From contig JBBRSB010000028.1 in NCBI GenBank assembly GCA_038245785.1, forward strand, positions 1 through 64,000: a DNA stretch of 64,000 nucleotides, given 5' to 3'. How positions within the stretch are numbered: the stretch's first letter is position 1; every line of letters starts with the position of its first letter. The stretch comes from Gloeobacterales cyanobacterium. GTDB lineage: Bacteria; Cyanobacteriota; Cyanobacteriia; Gloeobacterales; PMM-0068. The position numbers and the translations under genes are program-made. The notes under the pieces were generated by a model. It did not search any database, had not been told where the DNA came from, and worked only from the letters and a program-made list of their open reading frames with translations. Below are positions 29,322-38,947 of this stretch, piece after piece.

Positions 29322-29425
29322 TAGTAGGACAACGTGAGCGCATGGGTTGTGCGTTTGTCTTCACGTGCATTCACTTACAGCAGCCCTTCTCCTGATTGGA
29401 TAATCTTGTATGGGCTGCTTTTTTT
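29322..29425 (+). ncRNA. Candidate iron-regulated small RNA (or terminated ppx leader)
   Basis: Lies between the promoter above and an AGCAGCCC..GGGCTGCT stem with a T-tract; exposed anti-SD TTCTCCT. Confidence 0.45.
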
Positions 29426-29475
29426 GTAGTTTTTCTGGTACTTATAGTTAAGTCTTTTTAGATAGGAGGCGTATA

Positions 29476-31092
29476 GTGTCTTCTCCTGTACAAGAACGTT
29501 CTCCTAATAAAACCAATCTTTCTAAAATAGTTGTCTCAGCCATCGATATTGGAACCAATTCAGTCCATATGGTGATTGTGGAAGTAAACCCGAGTATTCC
29601 CAGTTTCCGAGCGCTGGCTAGTGAGAAACAAATGGTTCGTCTTGGTGAATACTGCAAAACCACGGGCTGGCTTACGCCTGAAGCGATGCAGCGGACCTTG
29701 GAGGCGCTGAAACGTTTCCAGCAGCTATCCGAAAGTTTTGGCTCAAAAACAATGTTGGCGGTAGCCACCAGTGCGGTCAGGGAAGCACCCAATGGGGTGG
29801 ATTTTCTGCACCAAATCGAACGCACGTTAGGAATCCAAGTTGACTTGATTTCTGGACAAGAAGAGGCCCGCCGGATTTATCTTGGCGTCCTCTCCGCCAT
29901 TCCTTTTAATGGCGAACCTCATATCGTGATGGATATTGGCGGAGGTTCCACCGAGTTCATCTTGGGGGATGGCGGTGAGGCCAAGTTCTTGCGCAGTGTA
30001 AAGGTAGGTTCGGTGCGTTTGACCGACCAGTTTGTTCATTCTGATCCCCTTAGTGCTGAGGACTATGACGCCCTCAAGAAGCATGTCGATAGCATGCTTG
30101 AGCCAATGACAGAGCGGCTTTTGGCAGAAGGGCCGTTCAAGCGCATGATTGCTACTTCCGGAACCGTGGTTACCCTAGCGCAATTAGACAGTCGTAGGCG
30201 CACCAGTAATATTCCAGACACGATGAATGGTTATGAACTAACCCAGGCCAATGTTCGCCAATTGCTCAAAGAACTGCGCGGGATGAACAATCAAGAACGA
30301 CGCAAACTGGTCCCAGAGCGTCGGGCAGACGTTCTCGTTTCTGGGGCTTTGATTGTCCAGGAAGCAATGAGTCTTTTGAATGCCGAGAGTTTAATCATCT
30401 GTGAACGGGCACTCCGAGAGGGATTGATTGTCGATTGGATGATTCAAAACGGCTATATCGAAGACCGCTTGCGCTATCAGCAATCCGTGCGTGAACGCAG
30501 CGTTTATCGTCTGGTCAATAAGTTCGGGGTGGAACGGGAACATACAGAGCATTTGGCCAAGCTGACGCTCCAACTATTTGACCAAACAAAAGCACTAGGA
30601 CTGCATGCTTGGGGAAATTATGAACGCCAACTGCTCTGGGCAGCAGCTATTCTGCACAATATTGGTCATTCAATTGCCCATACTTCCCACCACAAACATA
30701 GCTACTACCTGATCCGCCATGGAGAGATGTTGGGCTACACCGAAGAAGAAATCGAAATCATGGCGAATCTAGCCCGCTACCACCGACGTTCTTCACCAAA
30801 ACGCAACCATCCAGACTTTATGAAACTTTCCAAGCAGCATCGTCAAGTGGTGCGCGATTTAAGTCCCCTCTTACGCTTGGCTTCTGCCTTAGACCGCAGA
30901 CGCAACATCGTAGTCAAAGAGGTGAAGCTAGAACGAGCAGAAGACTCTAGAGGATTGATTCTATGGATTATTCCCATGCATCCTGATGAAGACTGCTCTA
31001 TGGAACTGTGGAGTGTAGAAGAGAAAAAGAGCGTCTTTGAAGAACACTTTGACCAGGTTATCCAGGTGAAATTGCAGGGTGCTCTGAATTAG
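29476..31092 (+). CDS. ppx: Exopolyphosphatase Ppx/GppA
   Basis: IDIGTNS, ATSAVREA, DIGGGSTE and ALREG motifs; C-terminal HD-like domain. Confidence 0.95.
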   Translation: MSSPVQERSPNKTNLSKIVVSAIDIGTNSVHMVIVEVNPSIPSFRALASEKQMVRLGEYCKTTGWLTPEAMQRTLEALKRFQQLSESFGSKTMLAVATSAVREAPNGVDFLHQIERTLGIQVDLISGQEEARRIYLGVLSAIPFNGEPHIVMDIGGGSTEFILGDGGEAKFLRSVKVGSVRLTDQFVHSDPLSAEDYDALKKHVDSMLEPMTERLLAEGPFKRMIATSGTVVTLAQLDSRRRTSNIPDTMNGYELTQANVRQLLKELRGMNNQERRKLVPERRADVLVSGALIVQEAMSLLNAESLIICERALREGLIVDWMIQNGYIEDRLRYQQSVRERSVYRLVNKFGVEREHTEHLAKLTLQLFDQTKALGLHAWGNYERQLLWAAAILHNIGHSIAHTSHHKHSYYLIRHGEMLGYTEEEIEIMANLARYHRRSSPKRNHPDFMKLSKQHRQVVRDLSPLLRLASALDRRRNIVVKEVKLERAEDSRGLILWIIPMHPDEDCSMELWSVEEKKSVFEEHFDQVIQVKLQGALN

Positions 31093-31163
31093 TACAGTAA
31101 TCTCGAAACCCCACATAACGCAGATATACTAGAAGGTGTAACGTTTCTTGATGTGGATTTTCT

Positions 31164-31532
31164 GTGGTCCTGCAAGGCTATGACTACCTTTTGGGCTTCT
31201 TGCTCATCTCCTGCTTAGTGCCTCTCCTAGCGCTGACAGCTTCTTACTTCGTGCGACCAAAAGGTGGCGGAGCTTTCCGGGAGACAACCTATGAATCGGG
31301 GGTAGAGCCCCGTGGCCCGCAAGGTGGCGCTTGGATTCAGTTCAATATCCGTTACTACATGTTTGCGCTGGTCTTTGTGGTCTTCGACGTAGAAACCGTA
31401 TTTCTCTACCCTTGGGCGGTTGCTTTCAACAGACTCGGTTTATTCGCCTTTATTGAAGCCCTCATCTTTATCGCTATTTTAGTCATTGGTCTCGTTTATG
31501 CCTGGAGAAAAGGAGCATTGGAATGGACGTAA
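31164..31532 (+). CDS. ndhC: NDH-1 subunit 3
   Basis: [32 protein letters not shown]. Confidence 0.98.
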   Translation: MVLQGYDYLLGFLLISCLVPLLALTASYFVRPKGGGAFRETTYESGVEPRGPQGGAWIQFNIRYYMFALVFVVFDVETVFLYPWAVAFNRLGLFAFIEALIFIAILVIGLVYAWRKGALEWT

Positions 31533-32233
31533 ACAAATTAGTTAATCCTCCGAAACAGCCGGAAGTTACAGCAGATCTGTCGAATAGTGTCATCCTGACT
31601 ACGCTACATGACCTCTACAACTGGGCACGGATGTCGAGCCTCTGGCCGATGCTCTATGGAACCAGTTGTTGCTTCATCGAATTTGCCAGTCTGCTCGGTT
31701 CCCGCTTTGACTTTGACCGCTTTGGTTTGGTGCCTCGGGCTACTCCCCGTCAGGCCGATTTGATTATCACCGCCGGAACGGTGACGATGAAAATGGCTCC
31801 GGCTTTGGTTAAGCTCTATGAGCAAATGCCTGAACCTAAATACGTGATTGCGATGGGTGCCTGCACGATTACAGGCGGGATGTTCTCTACGGATAGCTAT
31901 ACGACGGTACGTGGGGTAGACAAACTTATCCCCGTGGATGTCTATATCCCTGGATGTCCTCCACGGCCTGAGGCGATTATCGATGCCATCATCAAGTTGC
32001 GTAAGAAGATGGGCAACGAAGATTTGGGCGAACGCTACAGCCAAATCAAGCAGACCCACCGCTACTATTCGATTTCCCACCAAATGAAGGCAGTTCCAGA
32101 AATTCTGACGGGGGTTTATTTAGAATCTCCTTCTCGGTACACGCCTCCTTTGGAATTGGAAGAAGCAATTGGAACCCCGATTCCACCGGCGCTGATGGGC
32201 ATCAAAGAGAAAGAATCTATAGAGGTCAAATAA
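31523..32233 (+). CDS. ndhK: NDH-1 subunit K
   Basis: [12 protein letters not shown] and PGCPPRPE motifs. Confidence 0.98.
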   Translation: MDVNKLVNPPKQPEVTADLSNSVILTTLHDLYNWARMSSLWPMLYGTSCCFIEFASLLGSRFDFDRFGLVPRATPRQADLIITAGTVTMKMAPALVKLYEQMPEPKYVIAMGACTITGGMFSTDSYTTVRGVDKLIPVDVYIPGCPPRPEAIIDAIIKLRKKMGNEDLGERYSQIKQTHRYYSISHQMKAVPEILTGVYLESPSRYTPPLELEEAIGTPIPPALMGIKEKESIEVK

Positions 32234-32237
32234 GCCT

Positions 32238-32759
32238 GTGGTAGAAGAAGCAAACACCTCCCAGCAAGCCGCAGCAACTGCGATTGTGGAAGCAGGGCCG
32301 ATAACCAAAGAGTTGCTGGCTAAGAATTATGCCGTCGAGTTTGAGGGCACCGACCATCTGGGCTTAGAGATCGTCAAGGTCAAAGCGGCAGACCTTCTAC
32401 CCGTGGCCAATACGCTCTATAACCAGGGCTACGTCTATCTGCGCTGCCAGTGTGCCTATGACGTAGGACCTGGAGATAACCTGGTCAGCGTCTACCACAT
32501 CATGAATTTGGACCAAAAGGATCTCCGTCAGGTGCGCCTCAAGGTCTATCTTCCCCGCGATAATCCTCGGGTGCCCTCGGTCTACTGGATTTGGCGTACG
32601 GCTGACTGGCAAGAGCGTGAAAGCTTCGATATGTATGGGGTGATTTATGAAGGCCATCCCAACCTGATTCGTATTTTGATGCCAGAAGATTGGGTGGGTT
32701 ATCCGATGCGGAAAGACTACATTACGCCAGACTTCTATGAGTTACAGGACGCTTATTAG
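32238..32759 (+). CDS. ndhJ: NDH-1 subunit J
   Basis: [25 protein letters not shown]. Confidence 0.97.
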   Translation: MVEEANTSQQAAATAIVEAGPITKELLAKNYAVEFEGTDHLGLEIVKVKAADLLPVANTLYNQGYVYLRCQCAYDVGPGDNLVSVYHIMNLDQKDLRQVRLKVYLPRDNPRVPSVYWIWRTADWQERESFDMYGVIYEGHPNLIRILMPEDWVGYPMRKDYITPDFYELQDAY

Positions 32760-32826
32760 CTACCAGAGATAACCTTCCTCAACTCTGTATCATAAAATCA
32801 GAGAGTAAAAACAGTAGACGAACTCA

Positions 32827-33051
32827 ATGACAGACTTATTAACTCGCATCACTCAAATTCCCGGTCAGTGTGGTGGTCGCCCCTGTATCAGAGGAATGAG
32901 AATTCGGGTTAGTGACATTCTAGAGATGATGGCTGAAAACGTCAGCATTCAGGAGATCCTAGAAGACTTCCCCGACCTTGAGCTAGAAGATATTCAAGCT
33001 TGCTTGCTATTTGCTGCCCGACGTACTGATTTCACTCGACTCACTGCATGA
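32827..33051 (+). CDS. DUF433 antitoxin (VapB45-like)
   Basis: CGGRPCIRGMRIRV..DI.ACL.FA. Confidence 0.92.
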   Translation: MTDLLTRITQIPGQCGGRPCIRGMRIRVSDILEMMAENVSIQEILEDFPDLELEDIQACLLFAARRTDFTRLTA

Positions 33052-33200
33052 ACATCTGGGTTGATGCTCAGTTGCCACAGATCTTATGGTTGACCTGTGG
33101 TAATGTTACGAACCGCAACTTACGGCGTCTACTTTCACTTACTCTACCTGATGCCCTAGAACGCTTACGGCAGGGGGAGATGATTGTAGAGATTGGATAG
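33048..33200 (+). pseudogene. DUF5615 PIN-like toxin with internal in-frame deletion
   Basis: MNIWVDAQLP|QILWLTCGNVTNRNL..IVEIG* (50 aa); ATGA-coupled to DUF433; central part of the family sequence missing. Confidence 0.8.
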
Positions 33201-33211
33201 AACTTTCCAGG

Positions 33212-33571
33212 TCAGGCTGGTTCGAAACGAACTTCACTCACACGTTTGCCGGGTGCGGTCGGATCATTCCGATAGCGGATGATCAGTTTTTCAGAAGGGC
33301 GTTCCCAGGTGCAGTAAATAGATCCAGCAGCGCCTTCACAGCTAGTGGAATGCCAGTTATCAGATTCGCGCCAGGTTCGGGCGAATAGGACATTCACCAC
33401 TTCAGCCTTGGCGACCCGTTCTGCTGCTCTCTTGTCGTTCTTCCGCCAAGCTCGGTAGAGACGTTGTGCGGGGTTAATTACAGCCTCAGCGTTGCCCCTA
33501 GGGATAATTAAGGCTGAGGCGATTAGGGATGCCATAGTCAAATTGCGTAAGCGTTGGCTAAGTGTAGGCAT
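33212..33571 (-). CDS. Hypothetical secreted protein
   Basis: Signal-peptide-like N-terminus; CEGAAGSIYC. Confidence 0.65.
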   Translation of the reverse strand: MPTLSQRLRNLTMASLIASALIIPRGNAEAVINPAQRLYRAWRKNDKRAAERVAKAEVVNVLFARTWRESDNWHSTSCEGAAGSIYCTWERPSEKLIIRYRNDPTAPGKRVSEVRFEPA

Positions 33572-33728
33572 TGGTATTTCCTTGCTACCTGTTCATTATC
33601 AAGCCTGTTTTTAGTTAGTCTTTAGAGTTTATGAACATATGTCCTTATTTCATGTATCTTTAGATTGGGCGACACTGTAGTGCCCTCGCGTTATAATTCA
33701 CTCCAATTCCCACTAGATATAGAGAAAT

Positions 33729-36296
33729 ATGGGTTACGTCAGCCTGCATACCCACAGCGAATATTCCCTATTAGATGGGGCTTCTCAGCTGCCCGACCTG
33801 ATAGAGCAAGCCAAAAAATTGAATATGCCTGCCATTGCGCTCACAGACCATGGCGTGATGTATGGAGCAATTGAGCTGATCAAGCGCTGTCGCAACATTG
33901 GGATGAAGCCGATTGTCGGGGTAGAAGCCTATGTGATCAATGGAGATGTACGGGATAAGAAAGCCCGTCTTCCTCGCTATCATCAAATTCTGTTAGCCAA
34001 AAATTACCAAGGCTATAAGAACCTCGTCAAATTAGTGACGATTTCTCATCTGGAAGGATCCTACTATAAGCCCCGGATTAATAAAGAACTATTAGAGCAA
34101 TATCATGAAGGTCTGATTGTTACTTCTGCCTGCTTGGGAGGAGAAATTCCTCAGGCTATCCTTCAAGGAAAAATAGAGAGAGCCTATGAAGTTGCAGTTT
34201 GGTATAAGCGGGTCTTCGGGGATGATTTCTATTTAGAAATTCAGGACCATGGTAGTCGAGAAGACCGAGCGGTTAATCCAGAAATTGTTCGAATTGCCCA
34301 GAAGTACAAGATTAAAATAGTGGCAACCAATGATTCTCACTTCACCTGCATGGATGATGTGGATGCCCATGATGCTTTGCTTTGTATCCAAACAGGCAAG
34401 TCTATTGAAGAAGAAAATCGTCTGCGTTATACCGGAACGGAATATCTAAAATCCCGCACAGAAATGGCAGGGATGTTCCGAGACCACTTGCCTTTAGAAA
34501 TTGTGGAAGAAGCACTTGAAAACACGTTGGAAATTGCAGACAAAGTAGAAAAATATGACCAAGAACTGCTGGGCGGAATGCGGATGCCCGACTTCCCCAT
34601 TCCTCAAGGTCATACTGCGGAAACCTATCTGGAAGAATTAACTTGGGAAGGACTGAGAGAACGATTTAAAGAAATAAAGATTGTCGATCCAGAAGAGAAA
34701 GTGCCCTATGAAGAGCGGCTCAAATATGAGCTGAAGATGATGCAACAGATGGGATTTTCTACCTATTTTCTAGTCGTTTGGGACTATATCAAATATGCCA
34801 GTGACCATGGCATTCCCGTCGGGCCAGGTAGAGGTTCTGCGGCAGGTTCTCTAGTCGCCTACGCGCTGCGCATTACGAACATGGACCCCGTGCGCTACAA
34901 CTTGCTGTTTGAACGATTCCTGAATCCTGAGCGTAAGTCTATGCCTGATATTGATACGGATTTCTGTATTGAACGACGGGGCGAAATCATTGAATACGTA
35001 ACAAAGCGTTATGGGGAAGACCACGTTGCCCAAATTATTACGTTTAACCGATTAGCTTCGAAGGCAGTCTTGAAAGACGTCGCCCGAGTTATGGAAATTC
35101 CATACAGTGAATCTGACCGGATGGCGAAGATGATTCCTGTTTTCCGAGGGAAGCCTGCCAAACTAGACAAAATGATTTCTGAGGATACGCCCGCTCCAGA
35201 ATTCAAAGAAGCTTATGATAAAGACCCAAGAGTTAAGAAATGGGTAGATCTGGCCCGTCGGTTAGAGAATACAAACAAAACTTTTGGAGTTCATGCTGCA
35301 GGGGTGGTTATTTCCCGCGAACCGCTTGATGAGATTGTGCCTTTACAGAAGAATAATGAAGGTCAAGTCATCACCCAATACTATATGGAAGACATTGCAG
35401 ACTTGGGTCTGTTGAAGATGGACTTCTTGGGCTTGCGGAACTTGACCATGATTCAAAGGGCGTTAGAAATTATTGAAGCCAAGAATAAAGAAGTCATTGA
35501 TTTAGACACCCTGAGCTTAGATGATGAAAAAACCTATGCCCTGCTAGCGAAGGGAGAACTTGAAGGGATATTCCAATTAGAATCATCAGGAATGAAACAG
35601 ATTGTAAAAGATTTGCGCCCTTCAAACATTGAAGATATTTCTGCTATCTTGGCGCTCTATCGTCCTGGTCCTCTAGATGCAGGAATGATTCCTGACTTTA
35701 TTAACCGCAAACACGGTCGTCAGAAAATTCAATATGATGATCCTCTATTAGAGCCGATTCTAAAAGACACCTATGGGACTATTCTCTATCAAGAGCAAAT
35801 CATGAAAATTGCTCAAGATTTGGGAGGTTATTCCCTAGGACAAGCAGACCTATTGCGTCGTGCGATGGGTAAAAAGAAAGCTTCTGAGATGGAAAAACAT
35901 CGTGAGCAATTTGTCGATGGGGCTACCCGCAATGGTGTTAACGCAAAGACTGCAACTAATCTGTTTGAACAGATGGTTATGTTCGCGGAATATTGTCTGA
36001 GCTATGATACTGAACTACTAACCCTTGAATATGGGCCTCTATCTATCGGTAAGATTGTAGATGAACAAATAGAGTGCACGGTCTACAGTGTGAATGCACA
36101 GGGCCATCTTTATACGCAACCTATCGCCCAATGGCATCATCGCGGGGAGCAAGAAGTTCTTGAGTATTCCTTAGAAGATGGTTCACGGATTCGAGCGACA
36201 AAAGACCATAAGTTTATGACTACTAATGGTCAAATGTTCCCTATTCACGAGATCTTCGAACAGGGTCTTGATCTAGTGTGCATGGGAGGCCTGTAG
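33729..36296 (+). CDS. dnaE: DNA polymerase III alpha, N-terminal half + split intein N-fragment
   Basis: PHP (SLHTHSEYS), [10 protein letters not shown] and PDIDTDF; ends [11 protein letters not shown].. intein. Confidence 0.98.
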   Translation: MGYVSLHTHSEYSLLDGASQLPDLIEQAKKLNMPAIALTDHGVMYGAIELIKRCRNIGMKPIVGVEAYVINGDVRDKKARLPRYHQILLAKNYQGYKNLVKLVTISHLEGSYYKPRINKELLEQYHEGLIVTSACLGGEIPQAILQGKIERAYEVAVWYKRVFGDDFYLEIQDHGSREDRAVNPEIVRIAQKYKIKIVATNDSHFTCMDDVDAHDALLCIQTGKSIEEENRLRYTGTEYLKSRTEMAGMFRDHLPLEIVEEALENTLEIADKVEKYDQELLGGMRMPDFPIPQGHTAETYLEELTWEGLRERFKEIKIVDPEEKVPYEERLKYELKMMQQMGFSTYFLVVWDYIKYASDHGIPVGPGRGSAAGSLVAYALRITNMDPVRYNLLFERFLNPERKSMPDIDTDFCIERRGEIIEYVTKRYGEDHVAQIITFNRLASKAVLKDVARVMEIPYSESDRMAKMIPVFRGKPAKLDKMISEDTPAPEFKEAYDKDPRVKKWVDLARRLENTNKTFGVHAAGVVISREPLDEIVPLQKNNEGQVITQYYMEDIADLGLLKMDFLGLRNLTMIQRALEIIEAKNKEVIDLDTLSLDDEKTYALLAKGELEGIFQLESSGMKQIVKDLRPSNIEDISAILALYRPGPLDAGMIPDFINRKHGRQKIQYDDPLLEPILKDTYGTILYQEQIMKIAQDLGGYSLGQADLLRRAMGKKKASEMEKHREQFVDGATRNGVNAKTATNLFEQMVMFAEYCLSYDTELLTLEYGPLSIGKIVDEQIECTVYSVNAQGHLYTQPIAQWHHRGEQEVLEYSLEDGSRIRATKDHKFMTTNGQMFPIHEIFEQGLDLVCMGGL
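35994..36293 (+). other. Split DnaE intein N-fragment (100 aa)
   Basis: [32 protein letters not shown]; block A Cys1 and block B TxxH; closely resembles Npu/Ssp DnaE-N. Confidence 0.97.
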
Positions 36297-36298
36297 TC

Positions 36299-37078
36299 AT
36301 GCCAACTCGCTACGGCCAGTCAACGCTCGACCAAAAACAACAAATCATCGAAATATTCAATGTTGGTGTGGAATGCCGAGAGATTCCTAAATGTTTGGGA
36401 ATCAGTGAGAGGAGTGTTTCTAGAGTCTTAATCGAAGCAGGAATTAACACTAAACGAAGAAATCGGTACACCCTGAATGAAACCTATTTTGACAAAATTG
36501 ATTCTCAGGTTAAAGCTTATCTCTTGGGACTGTTAGCAGCGGATGGCTGTGTCACTAAAACCAACTATGTGTCTTTTGAGTCTGTTGATGGAAATTTAAC
36601 TGAACTACTGAAAACAGAGCTGCAATATACTGGGGAAACTAGACTTATCTTCCCAAAAGACTATGCTCCTCACTATCGGATTAATTTTTCTTCCAAGCAA
36701 TTAGCTCACGCTCTATCTCGACAGGGTGTCCAGGTAGGGAGAGGGGAATCTGGTCTGTTCTATTTTCCCGAAACAGAATTTTTAAGTTCTTACATACTGG
36801 GCTACTTTGATGGAGATGGCTGTGCCCATGTCAATAAAGGTAGAAGTGGGGGCTCACTGAGCATCGTGGGTTCTTTAGAATTTACAAGCGAAGTGGCAAG
36901 ACTTTTAGGTGTGGGCTCTATACAGAGACATCATTCAAAACCAGTGTACTACTGGAGAATTTTTAGCCGCATCAATATACAGGCATTCTACAACTTGGTA
37001 TACAAGGTGCCTTCATTAGGATTACAGCGCAAAAAAATCAAAATTGAACAGATTTTAGGGAGCTATCGACGTGGTTAA
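36299..37078 (+). mobile_element. Free-standing double-motif LAGLIDADG homing endonuclease gene with N-terminal HTH
   Basis: AYLLGLLAADGCV and SYILGYFDGDGCA motifs; ATG 2 nt after the dnaE-n stop with GGAGG SD; LQRKK tail. Confidence 0.92.
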
Positions 37079-37178
37079 AATCATTAGCTGTACATCATTA
37101 GGGACTCAATCTGTTTATGACATTGGTGTTGAGCAGGACCATAACTTTGTTCTAGCAAATGGTTTAGTGGCTTCTAAT
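37071..37178 (+). other. Split DnaE intein C-fragment (36 aa)
   Basis: Block F VYDIGV..HNF; terminal ASN followed by +1 Cys (CFN). Confidence 0.97.
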
Positions 37179-38420
37179 TGCTTCAACAAAGCACATTCTG
37201 CTGCCTATGGATTAATTACTTATCAAACAGCTTATCTTAAAGCAAATTACCCCGTAGAGTATTTAGCAGCGCTGCTCTCTTCTGTTAGAGGAGACCAGGA
37301 TAAAGTTCAACGTTACTTGGCTGCCTGTCAGGTCATGGGCATTTATGTATTGCCTCCAGATATCAATCGTTCTGGTCCTGACTTTACGCCGGAAGGGAAA
37401 ACCATCTTATTTGGACTTGCGGCGGTTAAAAATGCAGGAGACGCTGCGGTAGATAGTCTGCTCAAAGTGCGTGACCAAGAAGGTCCATTCACTTCTCTTG
37501 CCGATATCTGTGACCGTATTGATAGTCGGGTTGTCAACAAAAGAGCCTTAGAAGCCTTGATTCGTTGTGGAGCCTTGGATACGCTCCATAGCAATCGCAA
37601 TCAGATGCTTTGTGACCTGGAACTTACTCTGGAATGGTCTATCCGCCGAGCACGAGACCGAGCCTCGGGACAAGTCAATCTTTTTGATAGCTTGTTGTCT
37701 GGAACGAGCACAGCGGAACAAATGTTTGATAGCGCTCCTAAAGGACCCATCGTCGAAGATTTACTTCCCCAAGATAAGCTCAAGATGGAAAAGGAACTGC
37801 TGGGTTTCTATGTTTCTGACCATCCCCTCAAATCCATAAGAGAAGTGGCTAGAATCTTGGCACCGATTAATCTGATTGATCTACCGGATTATCGAGAGGA
37901 AGCATCGGTCAGCGCCATTATTTTAGTTACAGAAATGAAAGTAGTGACTACGAAAAAGGGTGACCGGATGGCGATTCTGCAAGTAGAAGACCTTACTGGA
38001 AGCGCCAGTGCTATTCTCTTTCCAAAAGCCTATGAGCGCTTAAATGAATGCTTTAAGCCCGATGCCCGCTTGATGATCTGGGCCAAGGTAGACCATAAAG
38101 ATGACCAGCCTCAGTTAATCCTCAATGATGCCGAACCGATTGAGGATGTCCGCATGATTTTGGTTGAACTTTCTCCAAACCAAGCGAGAGAAATCCAAGT
38201 CCAGCATCGATTGCGTGAACTGCTGGGGAGTCAAGCGCCTGAGAAGAAAGAAGAGCTTGGATTGGTACCTGTGATTGCCCGGATTGATTTTGGACAGGAA
38301 CATCGCTTCGTTCGCTTTGGCCCCCAGTTCCGCGTCAAGAATGCAGATGCTACGGTCGCCCTTCTCAATCAATCAGGATTTAGTGCTCAAACCCAGACCG
38401 TAGTTCCTGCGGTGGGGTGA
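37071..38420 (+). CDS. dnaE: Split intein C-fragment + DNA polymerase III alpha C-terminal half
   Basis: GTG start, GGGAG SD; MVKII..VYDIGV..HNFVLANGLVASN|CFNKAHS; HhH and OB-fold regions follow. Confidence 0.98.
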   Translation: MVKIISCTSLGTQSVYDIGVEQDHNFVLANGLVASNCFNKAHSAAYGLITYQTAYLKANYPVEYLAALLSSVRGDQDKVQRYLAACQVMGIYVLPPDINRSGPDFTPEGKTILFGLAAVKNAGDAAVDSLLKVRDQEGPFTSLADICDRIDSRVVNKRALEALIRCGALDTLHSNRNQMLCDLELTLEWSIRRARDRASGQVNLFDSLLSGTSTAEQMFDSAPKGPIVEDLLPQDKLKMEKELLGFYVSDHPLKSIREVARILAPINLIDLPDYREEASVSAIILVTEMKVVTTKKGDRMAILQVEDLTGSASAILFPKAYERLNECFKPDARLMIWAKVDHKDDQPQLILNDAEPIEDVRMILVELSPNQAREIQVQHRLRELLGSQAPEKKEELGLVPVIARIDFGQEHRFVRFGPQFRVKNADATVALLNQSGFSAQTQTVVPAVG

Positions 38421-38426
38421 GGAGGG

Positions 38427-38882
38427 CTATCTTTCAACCTCTTGTTCTTGATTAATATGGATGCGATCCATGCCTTCTTTAATCCAATCAATACAATCTT
38501 GTTCACAGATGAATATTTTAGGGGCGGCGATATTATCTAGACCGTGGGGAGGATAGTGGTCATAAAAATACTTGCCTGCCATTTCAAAGATGATGATTAA
38601 GTTATCTCGATAAGTGTATCGATTTTTAAAGTAATCAGTTTCGGAAGGTGTTGCTGAATGGGTATCTAGATATTCTTTAGCAATAGTGACAATTCCTTCT
38701 GGACTATCCGTACAAAGTCCTCCTGGATTTTCTACCTGGTGGAAACGACCTTCCAGACCCAATTCAGACAATAAGATATAGGAATATAAAGGCTTATCGT
38801 GCATGAGGGAGATGGTAGAAAATCTGAAAGGAATGAGCAGATGTCCCCGATAGGAAATAGATTTTTCGTAGAGCAATCGCAT
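38427..38882 (-). CDS. Hypothetical protein, likely conserved in cyanobacteria
   Basis: 151-aa ORF with internal repeat (Y.GHLLIP / Y.DNLII). Confidence 0.7.
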   Translation of the reverse strand: MRLLYEKSISYRGHLLIPFRFSTISLMHDKPLYSYILLSELGLEGRFHQVENPGGLCTDSPEGIVTIAKEYLDTHSATPSETDYFKNRYTYRDNLIIIFEMAGKYFYDHYPPHGLDNIAAPKIFICEQDCIDWIKEGMDRIHINQEQEVER

Positions 38883-38947
38883 GTTAGTTCCCTCTAAGGG
38901 AGTGCCTATTGTAAGGGGCTTTGATACCCCTTACAACCAGCTTGGAT

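Noticed and set aside
36297..37070. Group I/II intron carrying the endonuclease
   Set aside because: The ORF fills the whole gap, leaving no non-coding room for a ribozyme core, and protein trans-splicing explains the join
35994..37178. One contiguous endonuclease-containing intein broken by sequencing frameshifts
   Set aside because: It would need two independent errors. IntN ends at the usual split length, IntC begins with the canonical MVKI start and SD, and the endonuclease has its own ATG, SD and HTH. Descent from such an intein by real frameshifts cannot be fully excluded.
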